DNA from: a virus | Taxonomy: Duplodnaviria; Caudoviricetes | Virus record (IMG/VR): IMGVR_UViG_3300050190_000052 | Location: 1-58,285 of that record | Strand: one strand, 5' to 3' | Length of the DNA: 58,285 nucleotides | In this document: positions 38,267 to 47,273 of the stretch, one piece after another | Layout of the letters: every line of letters begins with the position of its first letter | How positions within the stretch are numbered: the stretch's first letter is position 1 | The notes under the pieces: generated by a model | Seen by the model: only the letters and a program-made list of their open reading frames with translations | Databases searched by the model: none | Told to the model about the DNA's origin: nothing | Made by a program: the position numbers and the translations under genes

Positions 38267-39031
38267 ATGGCAGCGCCAGGCCCAGATATTCGCTTCTATA
38301 GGTTCTTCCCAGATGCGCCGGCCCCACGGCGAGCTGACAACAGCGGCGCGGGCACCATATCCACCCGGGCGTACCGCTACTGCGAGGCGCTTCGGTTGGC
38401 CTCAGGGTGGGGATATTGGCTATTCGCACCGCTCGCGTTCCAGGTGGTATGGGATGGCCATGAAATCGCCTGGCGCACGGCCGGGATGGAAGAGTGGGAG
38501 CCATTGCAGGACACCGCGATGTTCCCCGGGTTCCCGGAAGCGTGGGATGCGGCCCGGCCTCCCGGTCGAGAAAATGCACTACCGCCGGTTTTCCTGACAG
38601 CGTTCCCCGAGCCGGGCTTGATGCAAATCACGCTTGGCATAGTCCCCACCGTCAATCCCGGGTGGATGCTGCACCTGCGGCCAGTGCCCAATTTCCCCGC
38701 CCCGGCGCATGTCGCCATGTTCGAGGGGCTCGTCGACGGGGAGGCTTATCGATTCGGCCCGCTGTTTGCCAACATCCGCCTGACCGCGACGGACCGGCCT
38801 ATCACCTTCTTGGCTGATCGCCCGCTGATGCAGTTGACGCCGGTGCCGCGGTATCTACTGGACGATGATGCCAAGACAGGGCCGCAAGGCAAGGTAGTTC
38901 CGGTCACCGACCAGGCGGATTGGGGTGACGACCAGTGGTCCTGGTACCACCAGACCATCGTGGAACCAGCATCCAGGCCCGCGCGGATGCACGGCGAATA
39001 TGCCGTCCGGGCAAGAAAGGGGCCGCCATGA
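38267..39031 (+). CDS. DUF6065-like protein
   Basis: AYRYCEALRLASGWGYWLFAP...WDG...PGWMLHLRPVPN..FEGLVD...GPLFANIRLT..PLMQLTPVPR; AAGGAG RBS. Confidence 0.7.
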   Translation: MAAPGPDIRFYRFFPDAPAPRRADNSGAGTISTRAYRYCEALRLASGWGYWLFAPLAFQVVWDGHEIAWRTAGMEEWEPLQDTAMFPGFPEAWDAARPPGRENALPPVFLTAFPEPGLMQITLGIVPTVNPGWMLHLRPVPNFPAPAHVAMFEGLVDGEAYRFGPLFANIRLTATDRPITFLADRPLMQLTPVPRYLLDDDAKTGPQGKVVPVTDQADWGDDQWSWYHQTIVEPASRPARMHGEYAVRARKGPP

Positions 39032-39543
39032 CGCCGGATGATTTTCTCACGACCATCCTCGACCCAGGACTGGCCTGGTGTGCTGAGCTGGCAGGTTGGA
39101 ATGCCCTATCCGACGATCGGGCGCGCGTATTGCTTCTCGCCATCGCCGGGCAGGAAAGCGGATGGTCGGAACGTATCCAGGCTGGAAATGGGCCTGCGCA
39201 CGGCTTCTGGCAGTTTGAACGCGGCGGCGTCACGGATGTCCTGACCACTGCGACGACCTATAAAATGGCGATGGCGGCGTGCGCGGCCGCTCAGACGCCG
39301 GCCAATCCGCGCAAGGTGTGGCAGTTGATGGCGACCGTCGCCGGCGATCATCTGGCGGTCGCGTTGGCGCGTTTGCTGCTTTGGTCTGATCCGGCTCCGC
39401 TTCCTGCGGTGGGTTCCGAGCAGATGTCATGGAATTACTATGCCAACAACTGGCGGCCGGGTAAGCCTCGCCCGAACGATTGGCTTGGGATTTATCGGAC
39501 GGCGGTGGATACCGTGGGAAGCGGCAATGCCAAGACAAGCTGA
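39028..39543 (+). CDS. putative endolysin (lysozyme-like fold)
   Basis: LLLAIAGQES...GPAHGFWQFERGG...LARLLLWSDPAPLP...WRPGKP; ATGA overlap. Confidence 0.7.
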   Translation: MTPDDFLTTILDPGLAWCAELAGWNALSDDRARVLLLAIAGQESGWSERIQAGNGPAHGFWQFERGGVTDVLTTATTYKMAMAACAAAQTPANPRKVWQLMATVAGDHLAVALARLLLWSDPAPLPAVGSEQMSWNYYANNWRPGKPRPNDWLGIYRTAVDTVGSGNAKTS

Positions 39544-39763
39544 TGCCGACATCATCCCGTATGACGTCCAGGAGGTCGCCGAGAAGGCACTCGCCAGGAA
39601 GCGAACCGAAGTGCGGCTGTTGGAGATTGTCGTGGCATGCAACAACGTCATAAGGCAATACCAGGAAACTGGTATATCCGGAACGGTACCCGACATTGAG
39701 CATCATCAGATACGCGAAGAAGCCTTAACCAGACTCAGAGCAATGCAAGAATTGCCTAAGTAA
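39527..39763 (+). CDS. hypothetical protein
   Basis: 78 aa; its stop coincides with the right end of IS element 2. Confidence 0.5.
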   Translation: MPRQADADIIPYDVQEVAEKALARKRTEVRLLEIVVACNNVIRQYQETGISGTVPDIEHHQIREEALTRLRAMQELPK

Positions 39764-39807
39764 TGGACCGCCAGCTAAAGCAGGCGGCTTTGCAAGTGCC
39801 AGGTAGG

Positions 39808-40881
39808 CTACGCGGCCCTGCGTTCGGCGGCATTACGTTCGCCCAGCCGAGCGATGTTCCCGGCTGCTGTGGTGTCGGACGCGCCAGCATGCGCGCAACT
39901 GATGCACACGAAACGGTCTCGCGTTGGGCGGTTCTTCCGGTCGATACAGCCGCAGGCCGGACAGGTCTGGGATGTATATCTCGGATCGACCGCGATCAAC
40001 GGGACTCCAGCAAGTGCGGCTTTGTAGGTCAGAAACGATCGAAGTTGAGCGAACGACCAACTGGAATGCGCGCGGCGCTGTGGCTTACGAACCGTTATCC
40101 GATCGCGGATGCCTTTGAGATCTTCAACGGCGATACCGCGTCCGGTGTCTTTTGCCTTCCGCACGATGATCTTGCTGATACGATGGTTCACGTTCCGGGC
40201 GAACCCCGCTTCCTTGGCGCGACGGGCCTTAAGCAACCGCCTCGCCGATTTCGTTCCCTTCCGTTGGAGTTTGCGCCGAAGACGGGCGTGGCGCCGTCGC
40301 AGGCTGGCGTTGTGGGCACCACAGAACGTCTCGCCATCGCTGTCGGCCGCGATGTTTCGCAGCCCGAGATCGACGCCGAGGTATTCGGCCGGGTCTCCCA
40401 TCGGCACGTCGCCAACGTCGACGGTCACGTAGAGGAAGAACATGCCGTCGCGGTAGATCAGGTCCGCCTGCCCGCGCGCTCTCTCAAGCGTGGCGGTCTG
40501 GTACGCACCGCACACCCACGGCATGATTTGCCGGCCGTCGTTGGTCAGGATCGAGACCCGATCCGCGCCTTTCCACGACAGGATGCGTTGGTCATAGACG
40601 ATGGCGCCGTGCGGCCGGAACGTCGGCTGGATGTCCTTATCCCGCTTGTATGCCTCAACCACCTTGGCAATGGCGCGCACGGTCATCTGAGCGGCGAGGC
40701 CAAAGTCACGCCGGATGCCGTGGTAGGCGAGTTTCTGCAATTCGAACTTGTTCGCGCATCGGTTGGCGAACGCGACCTCTGCCAAAGCGTCACACGCCGC
40801 GTTGAAACGCTCCATCGTCCGCAGCATGGCATCGGCCTGCGCGGGCAGCGGCAAGAGCTTCAATTGCATGGTCAGGTGCAT
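39808..40881 (-). CDS. tnpB: RNA-guided endonuclease TnpB
   Basis: GVDLG, VEDL, TSQTCPACG...CISC, SDTTAAGNI: catalytic D-E-D present. Confidence 0.95.
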   Translation of the reverse strand: MHLTMQLKLLPLPAQADAMLRTMERFNAACDALAEVAFANRCANKFELQKLAYHGIRRDFGLAAQMTVRAIAKVVEAYKRDKDIQPTFRPHGAIVYDQRILSWKGADRVSILTNDGRQIMPWVCGAYQTATLERARGQADLIYRDGMFFLYVTVDVGDVPMGDPAEYLGVDLGLRNIAADSDGETFCGAHNASLRRRHARLRRKLQRKGTKSARRLLKARRAKEAGFARNVNHRISKIIVRKAKDTGRGIAVEDLKGIRDRITVRKPQRRAHSSWSFAQLRSFLTYKAALAGVPLIAVDPRYTSQTCPACGCIDRKNRPTRDRFVCISCAHAGASDTTAAGNIARLGERNAAERRAA

Positions 40882-40888
40882 GGGAAAC

Positions 40889-40917
40889 TATATAACAAAC
40901 GCTCAATAAGAAAGCAA
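40889..40917 (-). promoter_or_regulatory. promoter for leaderless tnpB2 mRNA
   Basis: TTGCTT-17 nt-TATATA, ATG 7 nt downstream, no SD. Confidence 0.5.
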
Positions 40918-41006
40918 GCCCTGTCGTGCTGCGCCCGACCCGCTATCTGTCGCCTGAAGACGACAGCTTCTCGCGGAGGGCGTGATGTCGCGGGCGGCGC
41001 TTCCAA

Positions 41007-41294
41007 GTGAAGATACTCAAACGGCCGATCGGATGGCTGTTTTGCGGCGTTGAGGACGGCGGCAAGTATGGAGATCGCTATTTCATGACGGCCAACGTAT
41101 CAATCGGGGATGACAAAATAGCTAACATAACTGGCCTTCTCACGACGCGGACTTATGATGCGGAAATGTCAGAATCGATCAAAGAGGCATGTGCCGAACT
41201 TGGCGCCACAAAGATTCGCATGGTGAGATTCAAGGGCGGCTTGGAGCAGCCCCCGGTTCTGATCTCACTGAAACCACGACCGGCGCGGCCATGA
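41007..41294 (+). CDS. hypothetical protein
   Basis: 95-aa ORF. Confidence 0.5.
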   Translation: MKILKRPIGWLFCGVEDGGKYGDRYFMTANVSIGDDKIANITGLLTTRTYDAEMSESIKEACAELGATKIRMVRFKGGLEQPPVLISLKPRPARP

Positions 41295-41321
41295 CGGCAA
41301 CGCCAACCAAGGAGACTGAAA

Positions 41322-41537
41322 ATGCCTAAAATGCACACCGTTGCCAACTTCGAAATGGAGGACGCCTCCGCCACGCCGGCCGAGATGCAGAAGCACGAAC
41401 AGTTGATGCGCTCGCCGGAATACGTCGCTGAGGTGCTGAAGTCGATCAATGAGATTGCCAATCGGCATGCTCAGCGCGCCGGCCACACAAGGCCGGTCAA
41501 GATCACCGGCTCGATCGGTGCGGTTACGCACACGTGA
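41322..41537 (+). CDS. hypothetical protein
   Basis: 71 aa, AAGGAG RBS. Confidence 0.55.
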   Translation: MPKMHTVANFEMEDASATPAEMQKHEQLMRSPEYVAEVLKSINEIANRHAQRAGHTRPVKITGSIGAVTHT

Positions 41538-42088
41538 AGATCGGACTTCGGATGGCGGGCGCCGTTGCTTTTCTGGTGCCCGCCAGCGCCTTCCTCACGC
41601 CCGCCATCGCCTTCGGGCAAAGCGCGGCTCCCGTCGTTGTCGTGCAGGCACCCTCGACGCTCGTTGACCTGTCCGCCATCGTCCAGCCGATCCTAGCGGT
41701 TATTGGTGCCACGATCGCCGGCCTGATCGCCATCTACGTTCCGAAGGCTATCGCGGCGTTCGAAAAGCGCACCGGCATCGAACTTACCGAAGACCAGCGG
41801 AAGACCATGATTGGAGCGGTACAGACAGCGGCAGGGATGGTCGAGACGAAACTCGACCAGGGCGCGATGCAGCTCGCGCACGTCAATGTGGCGAACCCCC
41901 AGATTAGGGCAGAGGCTACGGCCGCCATAAACGCTGTGCCAGTCGCGGCGGCGGCACTCGGTATGACGGTCGATGGTGTGTCGCGGATGATCGTCGCAGC
42001 AACTGATACAGCGACGCATGGGGTCGTGCCGGTTGTCGCGGGGGCGCCACTTGTGCTACCCTTGGTGCTCGGGCCCGCCGTCGCGTGA
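41534..42088 (+). CDS. holin-like membrane protein
   Basis: Signal-like N-terminus, TM IVQPILAVIGATIAGLIAIYV, then FEKRTGIEL. Confidence 0.55.
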   Translation: MKIGLRMAGAVAFLVPASAFLTPAIAFGQSAAPVVVVQAPSTLVDLSAIVQPILAVIGATIAGLIAIYVPKAIAAFEKRTGIELTEDQRKTMIGAVQTAAGMVETKLDQGAMQLAHVNVANPQIRAEATAAINAVPVAAAALGMTVDGVSRMIVAATDTATHGVVPVVAGAPLVLPLVLGPAVA

Positions 42089-42203
42089 ACCGTCTCGCGC
42101 TCATCCTGTCAGTCGCGGCATTCGCAATGAGCGGCGCGGCGGTCTGGCGCGAATATCACCGACCTGAGATCATTTGGGCACTCACCCCGGGAGCAACGCA
42201 ACC

Positions 42204-42722
42204 ATGAACCGAAGATCCATCCTCTACACCACGGCCCTCGTCGCCCCGGCGCTCGCCCTCGCGGCATGCACTGCAACTACGGCGACGACCTCGACTACTA
42301 CGGCCCCGACCCCAACGGTGACAACGATCATCGCCACGGCCCAGGCAGTCGTCTCGTCGCTCAGTATCGCGGCGACGGCGCTCGGCGCCAGCCTGTCCAC
42401 GTCGGCCCAAACGGCGATTGCCCAGGTGGTAGCGGCAGCACAGAGCATCAGTGGCGCGGTAACGGCCGGCGCTACAGCGGTGGCGAGCGCAGCATCAGCC
42501 TCCAACATCACCAACCTTGTGATGACCGCCGGAAACATCCTCCTCGGCCTGCTACAGCTCGTGCCCGGGCTCTCGACAATCATTGGGGTGGTTCAGGACG
42601 TGATGACGGTCGCTCCGACGATCATCACCTTGGCCGGGTCGATCCTTCACCCGACTGTCACCGCGGCGATTGTGCTGCCCTATGACGGCGGGGCGGCCAA
42701 GCGCCTTGGTATCATCGCTTGA
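42204..42722 (+). CDS. putative lipoprotein
   Basis: MNRRSIL...ALALAAC lipobox, Thr-rich linker, Ala-rich helices. Confidence 0.6.
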   Translation: MNRRSILYTTALVAPALALAACTATTATTSTTTAPTPTVTTIIATAQAVVSSLSIAATALGASLSTSAQTAIAQVVAAAQSISGAVTAGATAVASAASASNITNLVMTAGNILLGLLQLVPGLSTIIGVVQDVMTVAPTIITLAGSILHPTVTAAIVLPYDGGAAKRLGIIA

Positions 42723-42867
42723 CTCGTCGCCATGACATCCGGGGGCCGCGTGGGCGGTTCATCCCCGGCTGGCGGCGCCGAATAGCGGCATCGAACTGGG
42801 ATTGGCTCCTCCCCGGCTTCCTGGCGCTATTCGCTGTGATCGCCGCGACACTTGGAGTGATTTACAG

Positions 42868-43272
42868 ATGAGTGATTTCAAGCCGACGATCTGCATCGAT
42901 TTTGACGGCGTGATCCACAGCTACGAGCGCGGCTGGCAGAATGGCGTGATCTATGGCGATGTCGTGCCGGGCTTTTTCGAATGGGTAGAACGGGTGCGCG
43001 ATCGGTTCGGACTCGTGATCTATTCGTCACGGTCGAAAACCGACGACGGCGTGCTGGCCATGGGTACGTGGCTACACGAAAAGCGCGATGCTTGGATCAA
43101 AGCCGGTGGGACACGCCATCCAACGGAACCGCTAACCTTTGAATTCTCGCATGAGAAGCCGGCCGCGTGGCTGACGATCGATGACCGCGCGATCCCCTTT
43201 AAGGGCGATTGGTATGCGTCGGAACTCACACCTGACGCCATGCGGGCGTTCAAACCCTGGAACTCAAAATGA
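42868..43272 (+). CDS. HAD-superfamily phosphatase-like protein
   Basis: [11 protein letters not shown] (DxD), IYSSR, KP, IDDRA. Confidence 0.75.
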   Translation: MSDFKPTICIDFDGVIHSYERGWQNGVIYGDVVPGFFEWVERVRDRFGLVIYSSRSKTDDGVLAMGTWLHEKRDAWIKAGGTRHPTEPLTFEFSHEKPAAWLTIDDRAIPFKGDWYASELTPDAMRAFKPWNSK

Positions 43273-44009
43273 CCGACTGGCAGAGGACGGGAACCCCTAT
43301 GACCATCCCAAACATAGTCGTCGTCACATACACCGGACTGATACCTATCAATCTTATCGAGGCATGGGTCGCCTCAGCGCAGATCGCGCTTACCCGGGAT
43401 TTTGCACCGCACTGGTCCGATGCGAAGTTGCGCTTCGCTCCTCCAGGGACCGCCGTCAAATCAGATGAATGGATCCTGGGAATATTCGACCATACGACCC
43501 AAGCTGGCGCATTAGGATTCCACGACGTAACCGATGCCGGGCTGCCACTCGCCAAGGTGTTCGTTCAGGACTGCCTCGACGATTCCGAGAATTGGAATAC
43601 AACTTGCTCACACGAACTACATGAAATGATCGTTGATCCGAACATCGATCAGACCGTCATATTCGATGGCTTCGAATACGCCAAGGAAACTGACGACGCC
43701 TGCGAAGATGACCAGTTCGCGGTCCGCATCGCTGGACACATGCAAAGCAATTCCGTCACGCCAGCATGGTTCGATCCGGCCGGCGTTGCCCCATACACAG
43801 TCTACCCGTGCGCGGAGATCACGAAGCCGTTCCAGCTCGCCACCGGCGGCTACATAGGGCGCCGACCGATCGGCGGGGCGTGGACCCAACTGATGGCTGA
43901 CAAGCCCGGCCCGCGGCAGATCAAGCGTCGGACGTCGCGGACACTTCGCCGGTTCGCCGCCGGGCTTGCCGCGCCAGCGCGCGCGCTCTACATGCTTGGC
44001 CATGGATGA
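43269..44009 (+). CDS. putative zinc metalloprotease-like protein
   Basis: GALGFHD and [11 protein letters not shown] (HExxE-type), KETDDACE. Confidence 0.55.
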   Translation: MTDWQRTGTPMTIPNIVVVTYTGLIPINLIEAWVASAQIALTRDFAPHWSDAKLRFAPPGTAVKSDEWILGIFDHTTQAGALGFHDVTDAGLPLAKVFVQDCLDDSENWNTTCSHELHEMIVDPNIDQTVIFDGFEYAKETDDACEDDQFAVRIAGHMQSNSVTPAWFDPAGVAPYTVYPCAEITKPFQLATGGYIGRRPIGGAWTQLMADKPGPRQIKRRTSRTLRRFAAGLAAPARALYMLGHG

Positions 44010-44376
44010 CGCTATGAGCGCCTGGGTCACGGAAGCATTCGCCCGGCATCACGCGCCGTTGTGCGAACAACTCGCCCGTATCGAAAATCAACTGGAAAGG
44101 CTTATCGAAATGTCCGGCACAAACACGAACTCCCTTGCCAATCTGCAAGCTGCTGTCGCGGCACAGACCACTGTTGGTCAGAGTGTCATTACGTTGCTGA
44201 CGACCTTGTCCGCGCAACTATCGGCAGCGAGCCCGACCGGCGACAATCCTGCGGTGGATGCCGTTGTCGCGACCATGACGGCGAATTCCGCTGCTCTGAG
44301 TGCGGCGGTTTTGGCTAACACGCCTCCGGTCGTCGCGCCGCCAGTCGTGGCGCCCCCGGTGGCGCCAACCCCGTAA
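44002..44376 (+). CDS. hypothetical coiled-coil protein
   Basis: LANLQAAVAAQTTV...LSAAVLANTP; last gene before terminator. Confidence 0.6.
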   Translation: MDDAMSAWVTEAFARHHAPLCEQLARIENQLERLIEMSGTNTNSLANLQAAVAAQTTVGQSVITLLTTLSAQLSAASPTGDNPAVDAVVATMTANSAALSAAVLANTPPVVAPPVVAPPVAPTP

Positions 44377-44403
44377 TCTCGCCACGATTGAGACTTCGAT
44401 CGA

Positions 44404-44442
44404 GCCCCATCCTGGTCGCGCGCCGGGGTGGGGCTTTTTTTT
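44404..44442 (+). terminator. Rho-independent terminator ending the late operon
   Basis: GCCCCATCCTGG / CCGGGGTGGGGC stem followed by T8. Confidence 0.85.
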
Positions 44443-44586
44443 GTGTCAGCGGAACGACATCAGGGGACAATCATGGCGAAACCGGAAGAAATCAATCTCC
44501 GGCCAGGATGGCTGGAAAACGACGTGAAGCGAGCTAAAAGCCGTCTTGAGCAGTGGAACGGCGCATGGGAACGCGCGAATGCGGTG

Positions 44587-44898
44587 CTACCGCAGCCAGC
44601 GATCTCCCTCCTCCACCATCCAGACGCCATCGACCCGAACGAACCGATCGCGATCCCGCTTCGGCCGCACGCGGTAGAACGCCCATGAGTCCGGGTCATC
44701 GGCATAATGGGCATCGTCTGGATGCAGCCACGGTACCCGCAAGTGATAATCATCTCCCGGCATACCAAGCGCATTCCACAGCGACTTATGCAGCAACTCC
44801 GCTCGGTCTAAATAAAGGCCACGCCAGTTCGACTTCGCGGTCCAGCGGCCTCCGTTGACGGTGACGGTTTTCGGTCCGATCGGGTGACGGTCAGCCAT
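44587..44898 (-). CDS. hypothetical protein
   Basis: 103 aa, coupled to upstream minus-strand ORF. Confidence 0.5.
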   Translation of the reverse strand: MADRHPIGPKTVTVNGGRWTAKSNWRGLYLDRAELLHKSLWNALGMPGDDYHLRVPWLHPDDAHYADDPDSWAFYRVRPKRDRDRFVRVDGVWMVEEGDRWLR

Positions 44899-45073
44899 CG
44901 GTCTGGTTCTTTACTTCGACCAAACTTATTCGGAGCAGTGACGCCATTTCCTCTAACATCTCAGCGCGAGCAATGAACAGATTTGCCTCACGCCGAAGTA
45001 TCGTTGCCCTGCCCTCCAAATCAGCAGAAAACCTTTTCAGGTCATAATCACCCTTGAATTCATATCTGGGCAT
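44891..45073 (-). CDS. hypothetical protein
   Basis: 60 aa, TGATG coupling. Confidence 0.55.
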   Translation of the reverse strand: MPRYEFKGDYDLKRFSADLEGRATILRREANLFIARAEMLEEMASLLRISLVEVKNQTDG

Positions 45074-47031
45074 CAGGCATCGCCTTGCTGAATTTTGGCA
45101 TCATCTTCGCGATGTTCTGTGGCCGCTTTGTGCGCCCTCAGTTTTTCCCGCTGTGCCATGAACGCGTCGCGCAGAGGCTCGATCATCGCGGCCTTGTTCG
45201 ACCTGGTCATCCGCGAGGCAAACCCCTTCACGGCCATGCCATTCTGGAATTCAACAAGCTGATCTTCCGATGTGCAGGACAGCATGTCAGCGATCAGGTT
45301 TTGTTGCGACCGGATATCATCGGCATCGCTCGGGCTTGCCGCGGCGGTCGGTGCGGGAGACACAGGATCCTGTGATGCGGGGGCAATCAACCCAAGTAAT
45401 TCTGCTGGCGCATCAACCCCGAGCGTCTTGCACTGCTCCCGAACCGCCTTGATGCAGAGCGCGCGGAATGACGCCGGAATTTTTCGCAGCTCGGCCATAT
45501 TCAGTGCGACAAAGTCCTGATAGGTGAGCAGAGTCAGCGCATCGACCTCGACCTTGAATTCTTTCAGATGCAACGCGTTCATCTGTTTGCCGCGGTCCAT
45601 CTTAACCTCAACCACGATCGCGCGGGGAGGGTCATAGGCCAGTATGCCGGCCTCTTCCACATGCTTGTGCTCGGGACCGACTGACATCAGACCATCCAGT
45701 AGATGGGAAGCCTCTATGCTCGCTCCTTTTGCGTCCTGAATGCCATCCGCGTTCTGCTCCCAGAGCGCATCCCAATCGTCTAAATCAACCATTACTGCCT
45801 CGGTGAAGACTCTCACGAACACAAGCGGATCTGAGTAGACAATGGGGCTCATCGGATCGCCGTTCCGATCAAGAAGCATCGCCTCGAACGCCGGGGCGGC
45901 GACCGCAGGTTCACGCTCAGCCTCGGCGCGCGACACAGGCGCGGTTGCCAGTGTGGAGTCTATTAGCGGCCTGCCGGCGGCCTCTCCCTCCCAACGATCG
46001 GTCGGAATTTCGTCCAGGTGGTCAGGTGCATCTTTCGATCGCTGGGCTGTCGCGCGGTCGCGGTCTTGTGCCTTCTGGACGTCGGCTGCGCTCGGCGCTA
46101 CGGGCGATGCCGGCGCTTCCTTTGCGGCAGCTTTCCGCGTCGTCTGTCGCGGCTGCACTGCTGACGCCGTTGCCGCGGCGTGTTGCGTCTCGACGGCATT
46201 CCATGTCGCGCTGGCGCCAGTCTCCGGTTCAAACCAATCAGAGGCCGCGCTCATCTCATCCGTCAGAGACGCATAAATCTTGCTCAATTGCACAATGTGA
46301 GCCGGCCGGATCGCCTCCATGCGGCGTTGAATACGCTTCTCCAACATTTGGCGCGTCACGCCCATCCGATCGAATGCCTCGACCATTTTCAGTACCGCGT
46401 CCGGCGAGGTGTCTGCGTTGGCATGAATCGTGCGCTCGCATTCCTGGATAGCCATCTCGATAACGTCGCCAGGGATCACGGCCAGAAGGACGGCGCGCTT
46501 GCGACGCTGGCCAAGATTGAAAATTATTTCGTAGATGTCGCGTTCTTCTTTGAGGGGATGACCTCCCTGTTTTGTGTCGCGCCAGTGGCGAACCTGGAAC
46601 TGCCGTTCGTCGTAATACCCGGACTCCAGATCCCAGGCATAGGCGACGCATTCTGAGTAGCTAGGTCCCCTGCTCAGTTCCTTAATCCCTGAGGCTAGAT
46701 TCCCCCATCGTTGCGCGACCGCCTCGGCCAGGCGAATTGACGGCCCGGTGATATCCTGGCCTCCGCGCGCGTAGCTGTAGAGCGCTTTGGCGGCCAAGCT
46801 CTCCCGCGCACAATCCCGGATGATCTGATCCACTGCCCGGCCAGGATCGCGTGGCATCTGCCGGGCCATGATCATGCGGGCCTGGACCTCGGCGATGGCC
46901 CTCTGCTGCTCCACGGATATCAGCCCTTGCCAGCTGCTTACGGTGGCAAGTTCCTTCCCATTGCCAAACGGGTTTTTCCCGTCCTGGAAGGCTCTCAAGC
47001 GCGGGGCTTCGGGGCGTTCGACGTCACTCAT
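45073..47031 (-). CDS. putative ssDNA-annealing/recombination protein with long C-terminal extension
   Basis: QRAIAEVQA...PRD...ALYSYARGG..ITGPSIRLAEA..WGN...AWDLE; start set at ATG 47031 with GGAG RBS (track extension runs through CRISPR repeats). Confidence 0.6.
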   Translation of the reverse strand: MSDVERPEAPRLRAFQDGKNPFGNGKELATVSSWQGLISVEQQRAIAEVQARMIMARQMPRDPGRAVDQIIRDCARESLAAKALYSYARGGQDITGPSIRLAEAVAQRWGNLASGIKELSRGPSYSECVAYAWDLESGYYDERQFQVRHWRDTKQGGHPLKEERDIYEIIFNLGQRRKRAVLLAVIPGDVIEMAIQECERTIHANADTSPDAVLKMVEAFDRMGVTRQMLEKRIQRRMEAIRPAHIVQLSKIYASLTDEMSAASDWFEPETGASATWNAVETQHAAATASAVQPRQTTRKAAAKEAPASPVAPSAADVQKAQDRDRATAQRSKDAPDHLDEIPTDRWEGEAAGRPLIDSTLATAPVSRAEAEREPAVAAPAFEAMLLDRNGDPMSPIVYSDPLVFVRVFTEAVMVDLDDWDALWEQNADGIQDAKGASIEASHLLDGLMSVGPEHKHVEEAGILAYDPPRAIVVEVKMDRGKQMNALHLKEFKVEVDALTLLTYQDFVALNMAELRKIPASFRALCIKAVREQCKTLGVDAPAELLGLIAPASQDPVSPAPTAAASPSDADDIRSQQNLIADMLSCTSEDQLVEFQNGMAVKGFASRMTRSNKAAMIEPLRDAFMAQREKLRAHKAATEHREDDAKIQQGDA

Positions 47032-47061
47032 AGGGGTCTCCACGGTAATAGCGGTTTGGTT

Positions 47062-47273
47062 CGGTTCATCCCCGCGTGTGCGGGGAACGCTCGGAACCCG
47101 GATCTCCGTTCCGATCAAGAAGCGGTTCATCCCCGCGTGTGCGGGGAACGCCGGCATGGCAGGCCGGGCTCGATGGGGAGCTGCGGTTCATCCCCGCGTG
47201 TGCGGGGAACGCACTTCCGGCTGTTCCGGTTCGGCCTCTCCGAACGGTTCATCCCCGCACATGCGGGGAACGC
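47062..47273 (-). CRISPR. type I-E CRISPR mini-array: 4 x 29-bp repeats, 3 x 32-bp spacers, no cas genes
   Basis: CGGTTCATCCCCGCGTGTGCGGGGAACGC at 47062, 47123, 47184 and loop variant at 47245; 61-bp period; reverse complement has CCCCGC hairpin and 3' ATGAACCG handle typical of I-E. Confidence 0.97.

Larger units (their letters stand above)
39760..40981 (-). mobile_element. IS200/IS605-family tnpB-only element 2
   Basis: RE: AAAG + hairpin CCGCCTGCTTTAGCTGGCGG ...TTAC end at 39760; LE: TCAC (40982-40985) then GAAG + hairpin CTGTCGTCTTCAGGCGACAG; no tnpA. Confidence 0.82.

Noticed and set aside
47032-47157. N-terminal extension of the 694-aa ORF, and other ORFs crossing the array (46868-47467, 46927-47373, 47076-47327, 47127-47348)
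   Set aside because: They translate CRISPR repeats (FIPACAGN / PRTRGDEP); a good RBS and ATG exist at 47031.
35428-47273. TnpB plus CRISPR array as a Cas12f-like type V system
   Set aside because: The array is more than 6 kb from either tnpB, has typical I-E repeats, and both TnpBs keep their own IS right ends (omegaRNA).
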